Assembly (NCBI RefSeq): GCF_902713615.1 | Contig: NW_024055498.1 | Span: 1,516,527-1,580,526, forward strand | Direction: 5' to 3' | Length of the DNA stretch: 64,000 nt | Source of the DNA: Scyliorhinus canicula | Taxonomy: Eukaryota | Part shown: positions 25,629 through 40,492 of the stretch, piece after piece | Position numbering within the stretch: position 1 is the first letter of the stretch | Layout of the letters: the number at the start of each line of letters is the position of its first letter | The notes under the pieces: model-generated | Databases searched by the model: none | What the model was told of the DNA's origin: nothing | Seen by the model: only the letters and a program-made list of their open reading frames with translations | Program-made: the position numbers and the translations under genes

Positions 25629-26833
25629 AGTGCACCTTATCTAAAAGGTGGTTCACATCCGGCTTCTCAGGATGGACAGTTAATGCTGACTTTGCCAGTG
25701 AGGGCTATATTCCGAGAATGAATGTTAAAAACTGTGCAAAGTGCTGCAGATTCCGGAAATGTAAAACAAAAACAAAACAAAAGGCTGCTCAGCAGGTCAG
25801 TGAGCAGAGAGAGGAACAGATTCACATTTCAGGCATAATTGTAAAGAGTAGAGCTGCTTTTCCCAGTATCTTGGACCAACATCCGTTCTTGAACTAAAAT
25901 CACAGATTAGCTGGTCACTTATCACATCTCAGTTTGTGGGAGCTTGCTGTGCGCAAATTCTCCGCTCTGTTTCCGACATTACAGCAGTGACTAAATTCAA
26001 CTAAAATACATCAGTGAGTTTTAAGGGCGTTGGGGTGACCTGAAGTCGGGTAAAGCGTTTTACAAAAGCAAGCTCTTTTCAAACGTTTACATTTTAAAAT
26101 GCAGGTTGCAATATGTTGAAAGATCTGAGATTAACGTGACTATGGGTCACTCCTCTGCCAGATGTTTTAATTTATCTCCTTTAAATCGGTTAATGTTTCA
26201 ATTAAATTAATATTCAGTGGAATAACAGCCTGGTTAAAGATGATTTATTAATTGAGGCATCAGAACTTTCAGAATTAATACTTAATTTAAATTTATTTTT
26301 TCATTTCAATTAAGTAACATCTGTTCTAATGGATGTTTCTATACGTTTCAACCAACTGTCAATATTCTTAAAATAAACCGCTATTTTAAGTTGAACCTAA
26401 TCAATAAATGACTGTTTATCTCGTTTTGTTGATGCAAACAGTTCATTGTAACCAGTGAGGCGTTTATGTAAATAAACACAGAAATAGAAGTCTCAGATTA
26501 GATTATACACTGACAAAAGCACAACAACTATTTCCCCACCGACACAGCACAGAAATAGAGGCAAAGACGCAAATAGATCAACGGATTCCAGTAATGATTG
26601 TTTTTGACATTTGATTCTTCATCAGTTATATGAGAAAAAGGTCATCATGATATCCATGTTCAGAATTAGGAAAGATTCCCTCTAATCTCGAAATATAGTT
26701 ACATGCAAAATATGTTCATAAAGTTTTCCAGTTCTCCTGCATCTGATACCTGTCCCTTTTTCCTATCTGGTTCTGTCTCATGTCTCTCCACAATGGGTCA
26801 TTGCCTTTAATCGACAACATGACAATTGACAAC

Positions 26834-27103
26834 TGTGTGGAGTCTGCACATCCTCCCAGTGTGTGCGTGGGTTTCCTCCGGGTGCTCCGGTTTCCTCCCA
26901 CAGTCCAAAGATGTGCGGGTTAGGTGGATTGGCCATGCTAAATTGCCCGTAGTGTCCTAAAAAGTAAGGTTAAGGGGGGGGGGTTGTTGGGTTACGGGTA
27001 TAGGGTGGATACGTGGGTTTGAGTAGGGTGATCATTGCTCGGCACAACATCGAGGGCCGAAGGGCCTGTTCTGTGCTGTACTGTTCTATGTTCTACGTTC
27101 TAT
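26834..27103 (+). mobile_element. 5'-truncated HE1-like SINE (its tail is also bases 1-75)
   Basis: Starts mid-body (CTGTGTGGAGTCTGCAC) and ends with the TTCTATG tail. Confidence 0.88.
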
Positions 27104-30100
27104 GAAGTCAACATGTGCCGAATATAATCTCTCAGCGCAATCTCACCCCATTGGCTTCCAACTAAATGGATCGAATCCAATTAATTGGAATACATAGAGG
27201 GAGTTTTACTCTAAAATGTGATTGGAGCATTCAATTACCCTGTAGTGTTTAATGAGAACTGTGGAGAAACATTTACCGTGTGTCTACCCTGAGCTGAAGA
27301 GGGTGGTGAGGATTTGATGTGGCAGTGCCGAAGGATCTTTCCCTCTTTCTAACCAGGCTAACAGAGATAGATAGTTTCTTGATTAATAAGGGATCAAGGG
27401 TTATGGCACGAAGGCAGGAGATAGACTTTTCGAAACATAATAGTCGTGATTGAATGTGGAGCGAACTCGATTGGCCTAATCGTCGAATTCTGCTCCTGTG
27501 TCTTATAGTTTTATGGTAAGAAGACAATCTATGGACTATCTTAGAATAGATAGGTACCTGATTGCCATCGCAGATATGGTGGGTGAAGGGCATCTTTCTG
27601 TATTGTAAACCTCTAACTCTCCATGACTCTATGACAAGGTCTAAAACGATTTTCACTCACATAGGGTGGAGATTAACCGAAACTAATCTAATAATATTTT
27701 TATTACAAGTAAGCTGACATTAACACTGCAATGAAGTCACTGTGAAAAGATCCCAGTTGCCACATTCCGCCGCCTGTTTGGGTATACAGACGGAGAATTC
27801 AGAATGTTCAAATTACCGAACAGCACATCTTTCGGGACTTGTGGGAGGGAGCCGGAGCACCCAATGGAAACCCACGAAGACATGGGGCGAACGTGCCGAC
27901 TCCGCATAGACTGGGACTCTGGCGCTGTGAAGCAATTGTGCTACTGAGATTGGATCTAGTGCAGTGATTACTGATGCAAGTTCAAGACTAACGTAAACCG
28001 AGACAGGTTCTCGTGCAGACGAGATTACCCTTAAATGATATAGGATATAAAGCAGTGATTATTGATTCAGGGTCTGGAATATTATAAACTGAGGCATGCT
28101 CTATTGCAGTCATTCCTGCTGCAGGGTCTGGATTAATATATGTGTCAAGACTTATTAGGTCAGATGATTAAAAACTTGGTTATTTGGGATGATTGTATTA
28201 AGGGAATTGAGGTAAAGAGGAGTAGGGAATGAATACCAGAGCTTAGGGCCGAGACGCATGAAGACATCGCAAAGCGAAACAATTAATTCTGAACATAACT
28301 TAACGTCTTGATAAATTACAGTTGCAAAACCCAAGAACAATATTTTATATGCACACCTATGCGAACGGCCAATTCCTTTTTGAAGTGAAGTCACTTGCTC
28401 TTCTTAACCAGATGAGAGTTCTATGATTGGGCGGACATTTATCCTGTGGGTGCCAATCTGGTGATTCTGTGAGAGCACTGTTCTGTCTAACACTGCCAGT
28501 ATATTAGGCGTTTAGTGAATATAAAACGAGGCAGGAAAAGAATCCTCACCATGAAACAACTTTCCAATGGATAGAGTGTAATACAAGAGTAAATTCATCG
28601 TTTTGAACAAAACAGAGATTTCCATTAACTTTTGGAAATTGCAGTGCAGCGATGTTCACATGTAGACCTGTCCCTCAAGCCCAGTTCATTACTGGGACGG
28701 TGGTAAAATATTAAACTCAATATTACCCACATGATAGCAGAGCAAATACACATTTCATAGAACTACTTATAGGTATTAACAAGAATTAATATAATCTCCA
28801 AATCAACAATGATTGTACTCGTACAAACAAGAAAATATATAATATAATTTATAATATCGAGACAGGCAACAGGAACATCGTTCGGTGTAATATAAACAGA
28901 GACTGGTGTGCTATTTTTGGAATAACTGATATTTTATATGGAGCCAGTGGAATTCCCATTCATCCTGTCACAATAAGACCCAAGACTAGTAAAATACCAG
29001 CCTCTGAAAATTAAATTGACCCATGTAAGACTGGACCCATAGTTTGAACTCTAGATTCACCGAGCAATATTTCAGAATGTCAAAATGCAAACCATGAGAG
29101 GTTAACAGTCTTTTCTCAGTGGAATCACTATCACCTCCCACAACAGATACCTGAGCACATGACCCAGACTGTGATCCAATGCAGAAGGAGTGTTTAATGT
29201 TCAATTGTTCCATCTTTTCGATGCGGTGATATTACAGTCTTCTGGATAGTCTCGCAATATTATTACAGAACGGGTAATCTGGAGGCCTGAACTAATACTC
29301 CAGACACAGGAGTACAAATTCCACCAGGGTATATTGAAATGTTGTGAACAGTTTTGGTCTTATATAAGGATTGATATTTTAGAGGCAGTCCAGAGAAGGT
29401 TCTTTAGGTAAATCTCGAGTGTGGAGGGATTTTCAAAGGTAGGTAGCATTTTACAGCCCATCCTTACTCTACCTGTCAGCAAATAAAGAAGAATCCGGCC
29501 TTGAAACACAAACCTTGTGGTCAACAGCCAAACACGCTGACCAATTGCACCATGGAGACTGTGGCCATGATGTGGAGATGCCGGCATTGGACTGGGGTGA
29601 GCACAGTAAGAAGTCTGACACCACCAGGTTAAAGTCCAACAGGTTTGTTTCAAACACTAGCTTTCGGAGCACTGCTCCCACCTGAGGAGGGAGTTTAACC
29701 TGGTGTTGTAAGACTTCTTACTGTGACCACAGAGACTGAAATGGGGAGAGCTTAAGTGGGTTAGGCCTACACGAATTGGAGTTTAGAAGAATCAGAGGCG
29801 AAGTTACTGAGATATATAGTATTCTCAGGGGGCTTGACAATGTAGACGCTCGAGGTTGTTCCCGCTTTTGGGAGAGTCTAGCACCATAGGCCACAATCTC
29901 AGTGTAAGGTGCCACTCATTTCAGACGAGGATGACGAGGAATTTCTTCTCTCAGAGCGTAGTGCTTCTATAGAATCATTTGCCGTAGAGAGTTCGCCTGG
30001 TCAATAAATACGTTCAAAGCTGAGACAGACAGATTTTAATCAGTAAGCGAATCAAGGGTTATGGGGATAAAGTGGAAATCTGGAGTTGAGGATTTTACCA

Positions 30101-33100
30101 GATTTGCCACGATCACATTGAATGGGAGATCATATTACATGGGCCGAATGGCCAGGTTCTGCTGCAAATCATATGGTTTTGTGGCAGCTGTAGAGACTTT
30201 CAATTGAACGACTTAATCAATCAGCCAAAAATCGTCGTGTCATTTACAATACTTCCGAAGCTATCGAAATTTCGCAACGCCCAGCAGGTTCACCACCGTC
30301 CTTCAAGAGTAGAAAGCTCCCTTCCTTACTCTGTCTGGCCCATATGTGACTCTAGTTCAGCAATGATGTGGTTGACTATTAACTATCTTTAATATTGCCG
30401 AGCAAGCAAGTTAGTTGAAGGGAAGCTGCTACTGAAAGTCAAATGTGAATAAAATCGCTCGAAGTGCACCTTATCAAAAAGGTGGCTCACATCCCGCTTC
30501 TCAGGATGGATAGTTAATGGTGGTTGTATGGAGAGAATGAATCCAAAACTGTGCAAAGTGCTGCGGATTCTGGAAATCTAAAACAAAAACTACAAAAAAG
30601 GCTGCTCAGCAGGTCAGTGGGCATCAGCAGAGAGATAAACAGATTCACATTTCAGGTGTATTACCTCACTGATATAATTCGAAAGGGTAGAGCTGCTTTT
30701 CCCAGTATCTTGGACCAATGTCCGTTCTTCATCCAAAATCACAAATTAGCTGGTCACTTATCGCATCTCCATTTGTGGGAGCTTGCTGTGCGCAAATTCC
30801 CTGCTCTGTTTCCAACAATGGAGCAGTGACTAAATTCAGCAAAAATATATCAGTGAGTTTTAAGGGCGTTGGTATGACCTGAGGTCGGGTAAAGTGTTTT
30901 ACAAAAGCAAGCTCTTTCCAAATGTTAACATTTTAAAATGCAAGTTGTAATATGTCGACTGATCAGAGATTAATGTGACTACAGATCACTCCTCTGCCTG
31001 ATGTTTTAATCTATCTACTTTAAATCGGTTAATGTTTCAATCAAATTAACATTCAGTGGAAAAGTAGCTGGTTAAAGATGCTTTCTTAATTGAGGCATCA
31101 GAACTTTCAGAATGAATACTTAATTTAAAGTATTTCTTCATTTCAATTAAGTAACATCTGTACTAATGGAAGTTTCTGTTCATTTTAACCAACTGCCAAT
31201 ATTCCTAAAATAAACCGCTATTTTGAGGTAAAACTGATCAATATGTGAATGTGTTTATCTCGTTTGCTGACATGAACATTTCATTGTGACCAGTGAAGTG
31301 TTTATGTAAATAAACACAGAAATAGAAGTTCCAGATTAGATTGCGGACTGAGAAAAGAGAAACAAATGTGTCCCCACCAACACAGCACAAAAATAGAGCC
31401 AAAGATAGAAATAGATCAACGGATTCCAGTAGTGTTTGTTTTTCGACATTTTTTTATTAATCAGTTATATGAGAAAAATGTCATTATGATATCCATGTTC
31501 ATAATTAGGAAAGATCCCCTCATATCTCTAAATATAAGGGCATGCCAAGTGTGTTCGTAGAATTTTCCTGTGTCCTATCTCTCTCTATGGTTTTCTCATA
31601 TCTGGTTCTATCTCATGTCTCTCCACGAAGGGTCATTGTCTTTAATCGACATGTGGCCAACAATAATAACAATTTTACTGTGAAAAGCCCCGTGTCGCCA
31701 CATTCCGGCGCCTGTTCCAGTAAGTTCGAATGGGAATTGGACCCGCGCTGCTGGTCTTGTTCTGCGTCACAAACCAGCTGTCTAGCCCACTGAGCTAAAC
31801 CAGCCCTCTCAGCCCGAACTCACCCCGTTGGCTTCCAACTAAATGCACCGAATCCAATGTATTGGAATCCGGCGAGGAAGTTTTACGCTAAAATGTGTTT
31901 GGAGTATTCAATGGTCTTGGAGTGTTTAATGAGAACTGTAGAGACAAGTTTCCTCTATATCTGATCTGGGCTGCACATGGTGGTTGAGGATTTGATGTGG
32001 CAGGGCCGAAGAATCTTGCCTTGCACTTTATACAGCTGCCGAGACCTTGGAGCATTTGACTGAAGAGTGTAGAGCAAGTTTACTTGCATGTAACCTGCAC
32101 TGAACCTGCCCTGCGAGTGTTTGATATCACTGTGCATAGGGAGATTTACTCCGTATCTGAACAGTGCTGTACCTGACCTGGGTGAGTTTGATGGGAAAAT
32201 GCAGAGGTTTCTTTACCCAGTAACTAACCCCACTGTCAACCTGTCTTGGAGATCTCTAAAGGAAGAGGGCAGAAGAGGTTTTACCTGATACAGAACCTTT
32301 GGTTTTTCGGCCTTTAATGTGTTTGAGCGAGAGGGAATTTAATTCTATATCAAAACAATCTGCAGCTGCTCTGAGAATGTTTGATGGGGACAGTGTCAGG
32401 GAGTTTCTCTTTGTCTCCAACCTGTGATGCCCCTGTCCTGCTAGTATTTGAAGGGACACTAGGCCCTGCCGCTGTATTGTACCAGGCCGTGAGCCCATCT
32501 CTGTTTATGTTATACTACCTTGTACCTTTGTCAGTTTATATTAAATAAGGGCCTATTCATCTTTGTTCATATTAAACTAGGCCACAAATTAGAGGACATG
32601 TCTTGATCAACGAGGCATTCAGGAGTTATCGGGAGAATGCAGGAGAATGGGGATTAGGAACATATTGGCCATGATTTAATGGCAGAGCAGTTGCGATGAG
32701 TCGAATGGCCTAATTCCGCTCCTCCACCTTTTGGACTGTTTGTCTCTCTTTACATTAACCTACACCTGACTCTGTTTCTAGTAATTTAAACCTGTCTCTG
32801 TTTGTATTACATTAGATACAGCCTCAGTTCTGCGCCGGGCCATGTCTCTTCATATTACCCGGCCTCAGTAATTGCTGCGGTAGACCATGCACAATAATTT
32901 GGAAAATGGCTGAGGTGGAAATTGTGAAGATTTAAAAAAACTGAGGGAACAGTGATAGTCTAAAATTCTTTAGAGAGCAATGTTGATCTATGTCCAGATA
33001 AACGCCATACTCTGTCTTGTCAGCACCCTAGATGTGTGTACGTACAACCACAGATCTCTGATCTTCTTGCAGCCACTTCAAATTGTACAGCTGAACTTCT

Positions 33101-36100
33101 ATTGCCTGGGCCTAGTGCAATAAACTAAGGGAATGGACTAGTTGTAATTGTGTAACATAAACAAAGGACAATTAAATAAATAACTGAGACAGAAGCTAAT
33201 GTTACAGCAACTTCATTCTCTTCACAACAGGCACACAGTAGCTGCATTGTGTAACATCGACGGGATGCACTGCAGCAACTCGCCAATTTTCTTCAACAGC
33301 ACCTTCCATACCCGAGACCTCCGAGAATCACAAGGGCAACAATCACATGGGAACACAATACTCTGCATCCGCCTACACATCCAACTCTCTGGGGTAGGAA
33401 TTGTTCTTGGGCACCAGCAAAGAAGAAATGATATCTTAAATTTAATTCTGCTGACTGCACTGAAAATGTATATCAAATGTTGCATAGCATACACTGTATA
33501 CACTATACATCCGTTGCAGGTTGTTACCATATACTGATTTATCGTCCAAAATATGTATTATTATATTAGCTTTCCATCTCAAAGACATCTGCAATAATGC
33601 GCCCACAGTTAAAAGCAGAGGCATCATTCAGTGCATTAATAAAAATGCGCAGGTCTCGGAAAAAGTAGGCTAGAATCAGGATCAAATACAGAATCCCAAC
33701 AAGGCAGAAGGCCACTCGGCCCATTGCATCTGCACCAACCTCTGAAATATCACCCTTCTTAATCCCCCGCCCTTGCACCATGACCTATGCATCCTTAGAC
33801 ACCGAGGGACAATTTCGAATGGCCAATCCATCTAACCTGTACATATTTGGACTATGGGTGGAAACCGGAGCACCTGGAGGAAAGCCACTCAGACACAGGG
33901 AGAAAGTAAAAACTCCACGCAAACAATCAGGACTGAACCCCGGCGCTATGAGGCAGCAGTGCTCCCCACTGCGCCACCCTCCGCCGAAGGCATAAGCAGA
34001 GACTGGGCCTAGTGTAATATCAACTGAATTCTGGTCTAGCGGAATGCAGATTGATACAAATTGGGACATGATCAATGCAGCAATAAGAGGGATATCGTAC
34101 AATCCAAGAATAACAGAGGCAGGGCTTAGTATTATATAAACAGGGGCATTCACATGTGCAGCAGGATTGTGTTTACTGGAATTTAACTATCTAGTAGAGT
34201 AATAACTGAGACCAAACAACTTGTGATGCAAACAGAATGTTGTTCCAGTTTACGATGCACAGACAAACGTTCTGATGCTGTAACCATTGTGACGTGTTTC
34301 TTACTAGACTAACCAAGACATGGGTCAGTGCATCATAATTTCGGATTTGTAATATAAACAGGGTGTGGGCCCTGGATATTAATAACTGATATTCAGCCGA
34401 GTGCAGGAAAACTGAGAAGGGACCTGCTGTAATGTGATAGAGACACGGCGAGTGTAATGTAAACAGAGGTGGGGGCAAGGTGAATGTTAGCAGAAAATTA
34501 TATGTTTAAAATGATTTAATGGGATCTTGGAGTTGCCAGTAACGTCAACATTTGCTGTCAATTCCTCATTTCCCTTGAGAATGTGGTGCTGAGCCCGCTT
34601 TATAAACCATTGCACTCCATACTGAGTACGTACACCCACAGAGCTGACAGGAAGGGAGGTCCAGGATTTTGACCAGTGACAGTGAAGGAACAGAGACATA
34701 GTTCCCATCAAGGTGGTGTGAGGCCTGGTGGGTAACTTGCAGGTCCTGCTGTTACAGTGCATCTGCCGGGCCTGGTCCTTTTAGACGGCTGAGTTCCTGT
34801 GTTGGAAGGTGCTGCAGGAGGAGGCAGTTGCTGCATTAGATCCTTGTGCGTCGTTCAAGCTACTAGAATTGTGCACCCGTGATGCAGGGAGAGAATGTTG
34901 AAGTTGGTGGATGGGGTGTTCGTCGAGCCGGCTATTCTGCCCTGGATGGCGTCGAGATCTCACGTGTTGCTTCAGGGGCCCACGTGAGACCAATGGAGAT
35001 ATTCAGTCAAACACCTGACTTCTGCCGTATAGATGATGAGTAGGGGTTGGGAAGTCACGAGGTGAGTTACTCACCGCAGAATGTCCAGCCACTGACCTGC
35101 TCTTGTAGCCATATTTTTTTTAATGTTCACTTTTGTAGCAATGGTAATCCCGAGGATATTGAAATTGGGGGATTCAATCACGGTGGTATAATTTTAAATC
35201 TAGGAGAGACGGTGAGAATCTCGCTTTTTGGGATGGTCATTGCCTGACACTTGCCAGCCCAAGCCTGAATGTTGTCCAAGTCTTGCTGCATTTGAAGACA
35301 AACTGCTTCAGTATTTGAGGAGTTGAATATGGTGCAGAACGTTGGGTAATCATCAGCGAACATCCTCACTTCTAACCTTATGATGAAGGGTGAAGCTTGG
35401 ACCGGGGACACTATCCGAGGACACCATATGTTACTGGATGATCCTTGACACTTTTTATAAAGTTCCTGATTGATCAAAGGCGGAGTGATAGGGACATCAT
35501 TGGCTGGGTTGGATTTACCCTGCGTTTTGTGAACGGGTCATGCTTGGTAATGTTGCATATTGTTGGGTCCATGCCAATGCTGTATCTGCACTGGGGCAAG
35601 TTGCCTGGGGCCCAGCCAGTTCTGGAGCACAAACCTTCAGTATTGTTGCCAGAATCTTGCCAGGTCGAATGACGTTTGGAGCGCTGTCAGCCATTTCTTG
35701 ATATCGTGTGGAGTGAATCAAATTTGCTGAAGACTGACATCCATGATGATGCAGACCACCGGAGGCTGAGATGGATCATCCTCCCGGCTCCTCTGGCAGA
35801 AACTTTCACTCTTGTTTTTTGCACTGACGTGCTGGGCTCCATCATCATTGAGGAGGGGAATTTTATTGAGGCTCCTGCTCCGGCTATTTGCTTAATTGTT
35901 CATTACTATTCAGGACTGGATGTGGGTGAACTGCAAAGGTAGATCAGATCCATTGAAAACAGGATCACAGTGATTGTGTGATATAAACATTGACATGCAC
36001 CGGTGCAGTATTAATTGAAACGAAGTGTCGTGTATTGTAAACAGAGACAGAGTCGAGTCTAACAGAAATACAGATGGAGCACAATTTAAAATTAACAGAG

Positions 36101-39100
36101 ACAGGGATTAGTGCAGTAATTATTGAGGCAATGTCTGCTTCATCTCATGTCAAGCATCTCAATTTAAATTCCATCTGCTGGCTAAACTTTGCAATTGCAG
36201 TTACGGTGAAAATGTTGCTGTCAGGTATGATCCGTGATGTTGATGGGTCAATAATTCATTTCCACAAATGCAATATCTCATCGCGTTCTGTGGAGCTGCT
36301 AAAATCTCAGGTTTAACTCATTGCAGCTGTTGGTGGCTAATTCTCGCGCAGTGAGGTCAGTGCCAGAGCAAAGCGGCTCAATCCCTGGTCGCGCGTTTTT
36401 GTTCATCTTTGTTAAATGGAGGAGTGTTTGCCTGGGCCCTGTATGGAGTCCATAGGAAATTTAACATTCACCTTAACGTACATGATGTTGGGGCGAATTT
36501 GTTGGTTCATTATACCAGCTCAACGACGGTGGGGGCCATTGTCTCCAAAGCCTCCAAGGAAGAAAAGATGGGATTTTAAATTGAAAGAGATAATGTGGGT
36601 GTGCGTGTAAGGCAGAGAGAATGCGTGTGTGAGAGACTGTGTGTGTGTGTGTGTGTGTGTGTGAAAGCGAATTTTTGCGTGTCTTTGTGTGAAACACATC
36701 ATGTTTTGTACAACTGAATTTCACTGAGGTCACAGGCATCCGTCTACTTCCAACATTCAACAAATATCCACTGATTTTGACACAAGTGTTGCACATGAAG
36801 CTCCCAATTGTCGTTCTGGGTTTTCATAATCTCGGTTTGGTCTATTTCAAAGCTGCTAAATCCATTGGTCCTGGTGGCTCACACCGGCCCACCGGAAATG
36901 TCGCCATTTTTTCAGTTTGCTGCTGGTGACACCCAATATTTAGGTTTAAGGACATCATGTCACACTTAGAAGAAACCTTGAAGTGGAATATCTGGCTTCC
37001 CACTGGTTGCGTGGCTCCGGCTGCTTGGAAATTCCTTGATCATGTGACCATCTTCCATTGAGGGACCACACGATAACCGTGCAAACCACCTATTTCTGAT
37101 TGTTTTGAAGAGACTTGGAAGCTCTGTTTTTGAGAGCAATGCTACATTTCTGATTTGCCCCGCCAGTAAATATCCATAATGCACTGCGGACAACAAAGAT
37201 TACATTTTTTGAGCTATTTTTCTTGACAGCTGCAAGTGTTCCTTGTTTCACAGACATGCAACACGGTTCATAGAATCATAAAATTTACAGTGCAGAAGGA
37301 GGCTATTCGGCCCATCAAGTCCCTTGGAGACAGCATCCTACCTAACCCGTCCCTCCACCCTATCCCCACATCTCCACCCTATCTCCGTAACCCCATCTGA
37401 CCTTTTTTGGATACTAATAGCAATTTAGCATAGCCAATCCACCTGTCCAGCACATCTTTGGACTGTGGGAGGAAACCGTAGCAGCCGAGGAACCCACGCA
37501 GACACGGGGAGAATGTGCAGACTCCGCACAAGCAGTGACCCAATGTGGAACTCGAACCGGGGACCCTGAAGCTGTGAAGCAACTGTGCTAACCATTGTAC
37601 GACCTTGTTGACCTAAGGTTGTTGATCTGAGAATTTAGGCCTTATAAATCATCAGCTCGTTCCAAAGCTTGATGATATTCCATGGACATTTTTATGAGTC
37701 AAACAAAGGTAGTACCTGCTTTCCCCATGTCAGCATTAAGTTCTACATCAAGGCTGTCTCTCAACATGGAAACTCGGGAGCAGAATCTGCTCACTGGCTC
37801 TTATTTAGTGTGACCATTGGCGAAAGTACAGCACCTTGTCCCAAGACTAATGTTTTCCTCATGCTTATGGTCAGGAAGAACAAGTTACAGGCATTGGGGA
37901 CAGAGTCCAAAAGTCTCTGCAGATGATGCTTTGTTTGGATGATCGAATTTTCAGCGTGGAGGAATTCTCTGATGCGGATGCATTGTGATTATGTCTCTGT
38001 TTTCATGGCTGAAAGGTTGTAGAGGTTGCAGCCTGACCGAGTGTGCTAGTGGATTTCATCCATATCTTCAGCAAAGGTCAGCAGCTTGAAGCGGAAGGTC
38101 CCGAATAGAGTTGGGTCAATGACACGGTCCTCTTTCACTCAATTATTCACTTAGAATCTGTCGGAAGTGGAATCATCAATCTGTACATGCAGTGCATTTT
38201 GCCATGGAAGAAGTGAATGAGACAGGGGAGCTTTGACAGACAGCCAATTATCCCCAAATCGTATAGTCCCTGCTCTGCTGATGGTGTTGAATGTTTGTTG
38301 AGATTGATGAAAGCAAGTTGAAGGGGTAGACTAGTGGTAAAGGGAGCAGATCACGCCCAGAGTAAATCTTGCGACACAAACACCACACCGTGCTTCCAGC
38401 TACATTCAGCCTGCAAGCAGATGAAGTGTTTGAAGTGTGAAGCTAGCAAAGGCCTTCCCAGTGCTGCTATGAGTGAGATATGTCAATAGTTGCTGCAGTT
38501 TCCAATGTCCACTTTGTTTTCAGATATTGGTTATGATTTTGCATCTTCAATCTCCTGTGGGATGGTTTATATCTTCCATCAGAGAAGGAGCAGGCCACGA
38601 ATGTTCAGAAACATAGTAATTATATTCATCAATCTTCATTCAATTATGAATATAAATAATTGAATTCACCAATTATCATCGTTTCACAAAAATTAGTACA
38701 GTTTTAAATTAAGTTATATGGTGCGGGTGTCGCTAGCTAGGCCATGATTTATTGTCCATCCCTAATTGTCTTTCACAAAGTGGTGGTGTGCTACCTATTT
38801 GAACCTCCGCAGTCACGCTGGTGTCGGTACACCGACGGTGCTGTTAGGGAGGGAGTTCTAGTCGTTTGAACCAGCGACACCGAAGATTCTGCGATATATT
38901 TCCAAGTCAGGATAGTGAGTGATTTGGAGGGGAATTTCCAGGTGGTGACCTTCCCATGTGTCAGCTGCCCTTTCCTTCTAGAAGGTAATGGGCCTGGGTT
39001 TAGAAGGCGTTTCAAAGGAGACTTGATGGGTTTCTGCGGTTGGATGGTACATTATTGTCATTGTTCGTCGGTGGTGGATAGAACCTTGCCTCGCACATCT

Positions 39101-40126
39101 CCTCTAAACTTTGCCCCACGGACCTTAAACCTATGCTGCCTGATGACAGACCTCTCCACCCTGGAAATGCGTTCCTGCCCATCCATTCTATCCATGTCCC
39201 TCATAAGAGTGTTTGCACATAGGATGACAATCAAGCGGGCTGCTTTGGCCTGGGTGGTGTCAAACTTCTTCAATGTTGTCGGAGCTGCACCCAGCCAGGC
39301 AACTGGAGAGTATTCAATTACACTCCTGACTGGTGCCTTGTAGATGGTGAACAGGCTTTGGGAGTCAGGAGTGAGTTACTCGCCGCAGGCTTCTTAGACC
39401 CTGACCAGATCATGTCGCCTCAGCATTTATATGGTCAGTCCAGGACAGCTTCTGGTCAATGGTAACCCCAGGGTGTTGATAATTGGGGATTCAGCGATGA
39501 CAATATCATTGAATGTCAAGGAGAGTTTGTTAGATTCTATTTTGCTGGAGATGGTCATTCTTTAGGACTTCCGTGGCGAATGTCACCAATTGTCACAATT
39601 CACAAAGTTAAATAATTATATTAATCCATTATGATCAACTCACAACATGCATAGTTGCATTCACCAATTATTTTCGGCATTTGGTTTTACAAAATGTAAA
39701 TGCAATTCATTTAAGGGAGGTGGTTTTGAGACCAGGAAGAGATCAGCCATGATGATTGAATGGCGGATCAGGCTCGAAGGTCTGAATTTCCGACTTCTGC
39801 TCCTAATTCCTATGTTCCTATAATTTATTGAGATTAAACTTCATTGAGATAGCATTGACCATTCTGTCACCAACAAGTAACATCTGCATCAGGAATTCAG
39901 TGTGAAATGGAATTAAACCGCACCGAGGATAATGTGCAGCTACCCAGCAGCCTCTGCGCTGTATTGGTCAGTAATCACGTCATCGTCACACAGAATCGCC
40001 GGACTGGAGTGTGAGATAATTTTTGAAGTGTCGGTAAAAATTAAAATACCTGTACCTTATGTGACGTTAATGAATCCTTAAATCCCGATTTGTTATTACA
40101 CTGTTTTGGAAAGTAATTCAACGTTT

Positions 40127-40492
40127 AGGGGCAGCAGGGTAGCATGGTGGTTAGCATAAATGCTTCACAGCTCCAGGGTCCCAGGGTCCCAGGTTCAATT
40201 CCCGGCTGGGTCACTGTCTGTGTGGAGTCTGCACGTCCTCCCCCTGTGTGCGTGGGTTTCCTCCGGGTGCTCCGGTTTCCTCCCACAGTCCAAAGATGTG
40301 CGGGTTAGGTGGATTGGCCATGCTAAATTGCCCGTAGTGTCCTAATAAAAGTAAGGTTAAGGGGGGGGGGGTTGTTGGGTTATGGGTATAGGGTGGATAC
40401 GTGGGTTTGAGTAGGGTGATCATGGCTCGGCACAACATTGAGGGCCGAAGGGCCTGTTCTGTGCTGTACTGTTCTATGTTCTATGTTCTATG
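40127..40492 (+). mobile_element. Full-length tRNA-derived SINE (duplicate of 13067-13426)
   Basis: Same sequence as 13067-13426. Confidence 0.9.
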
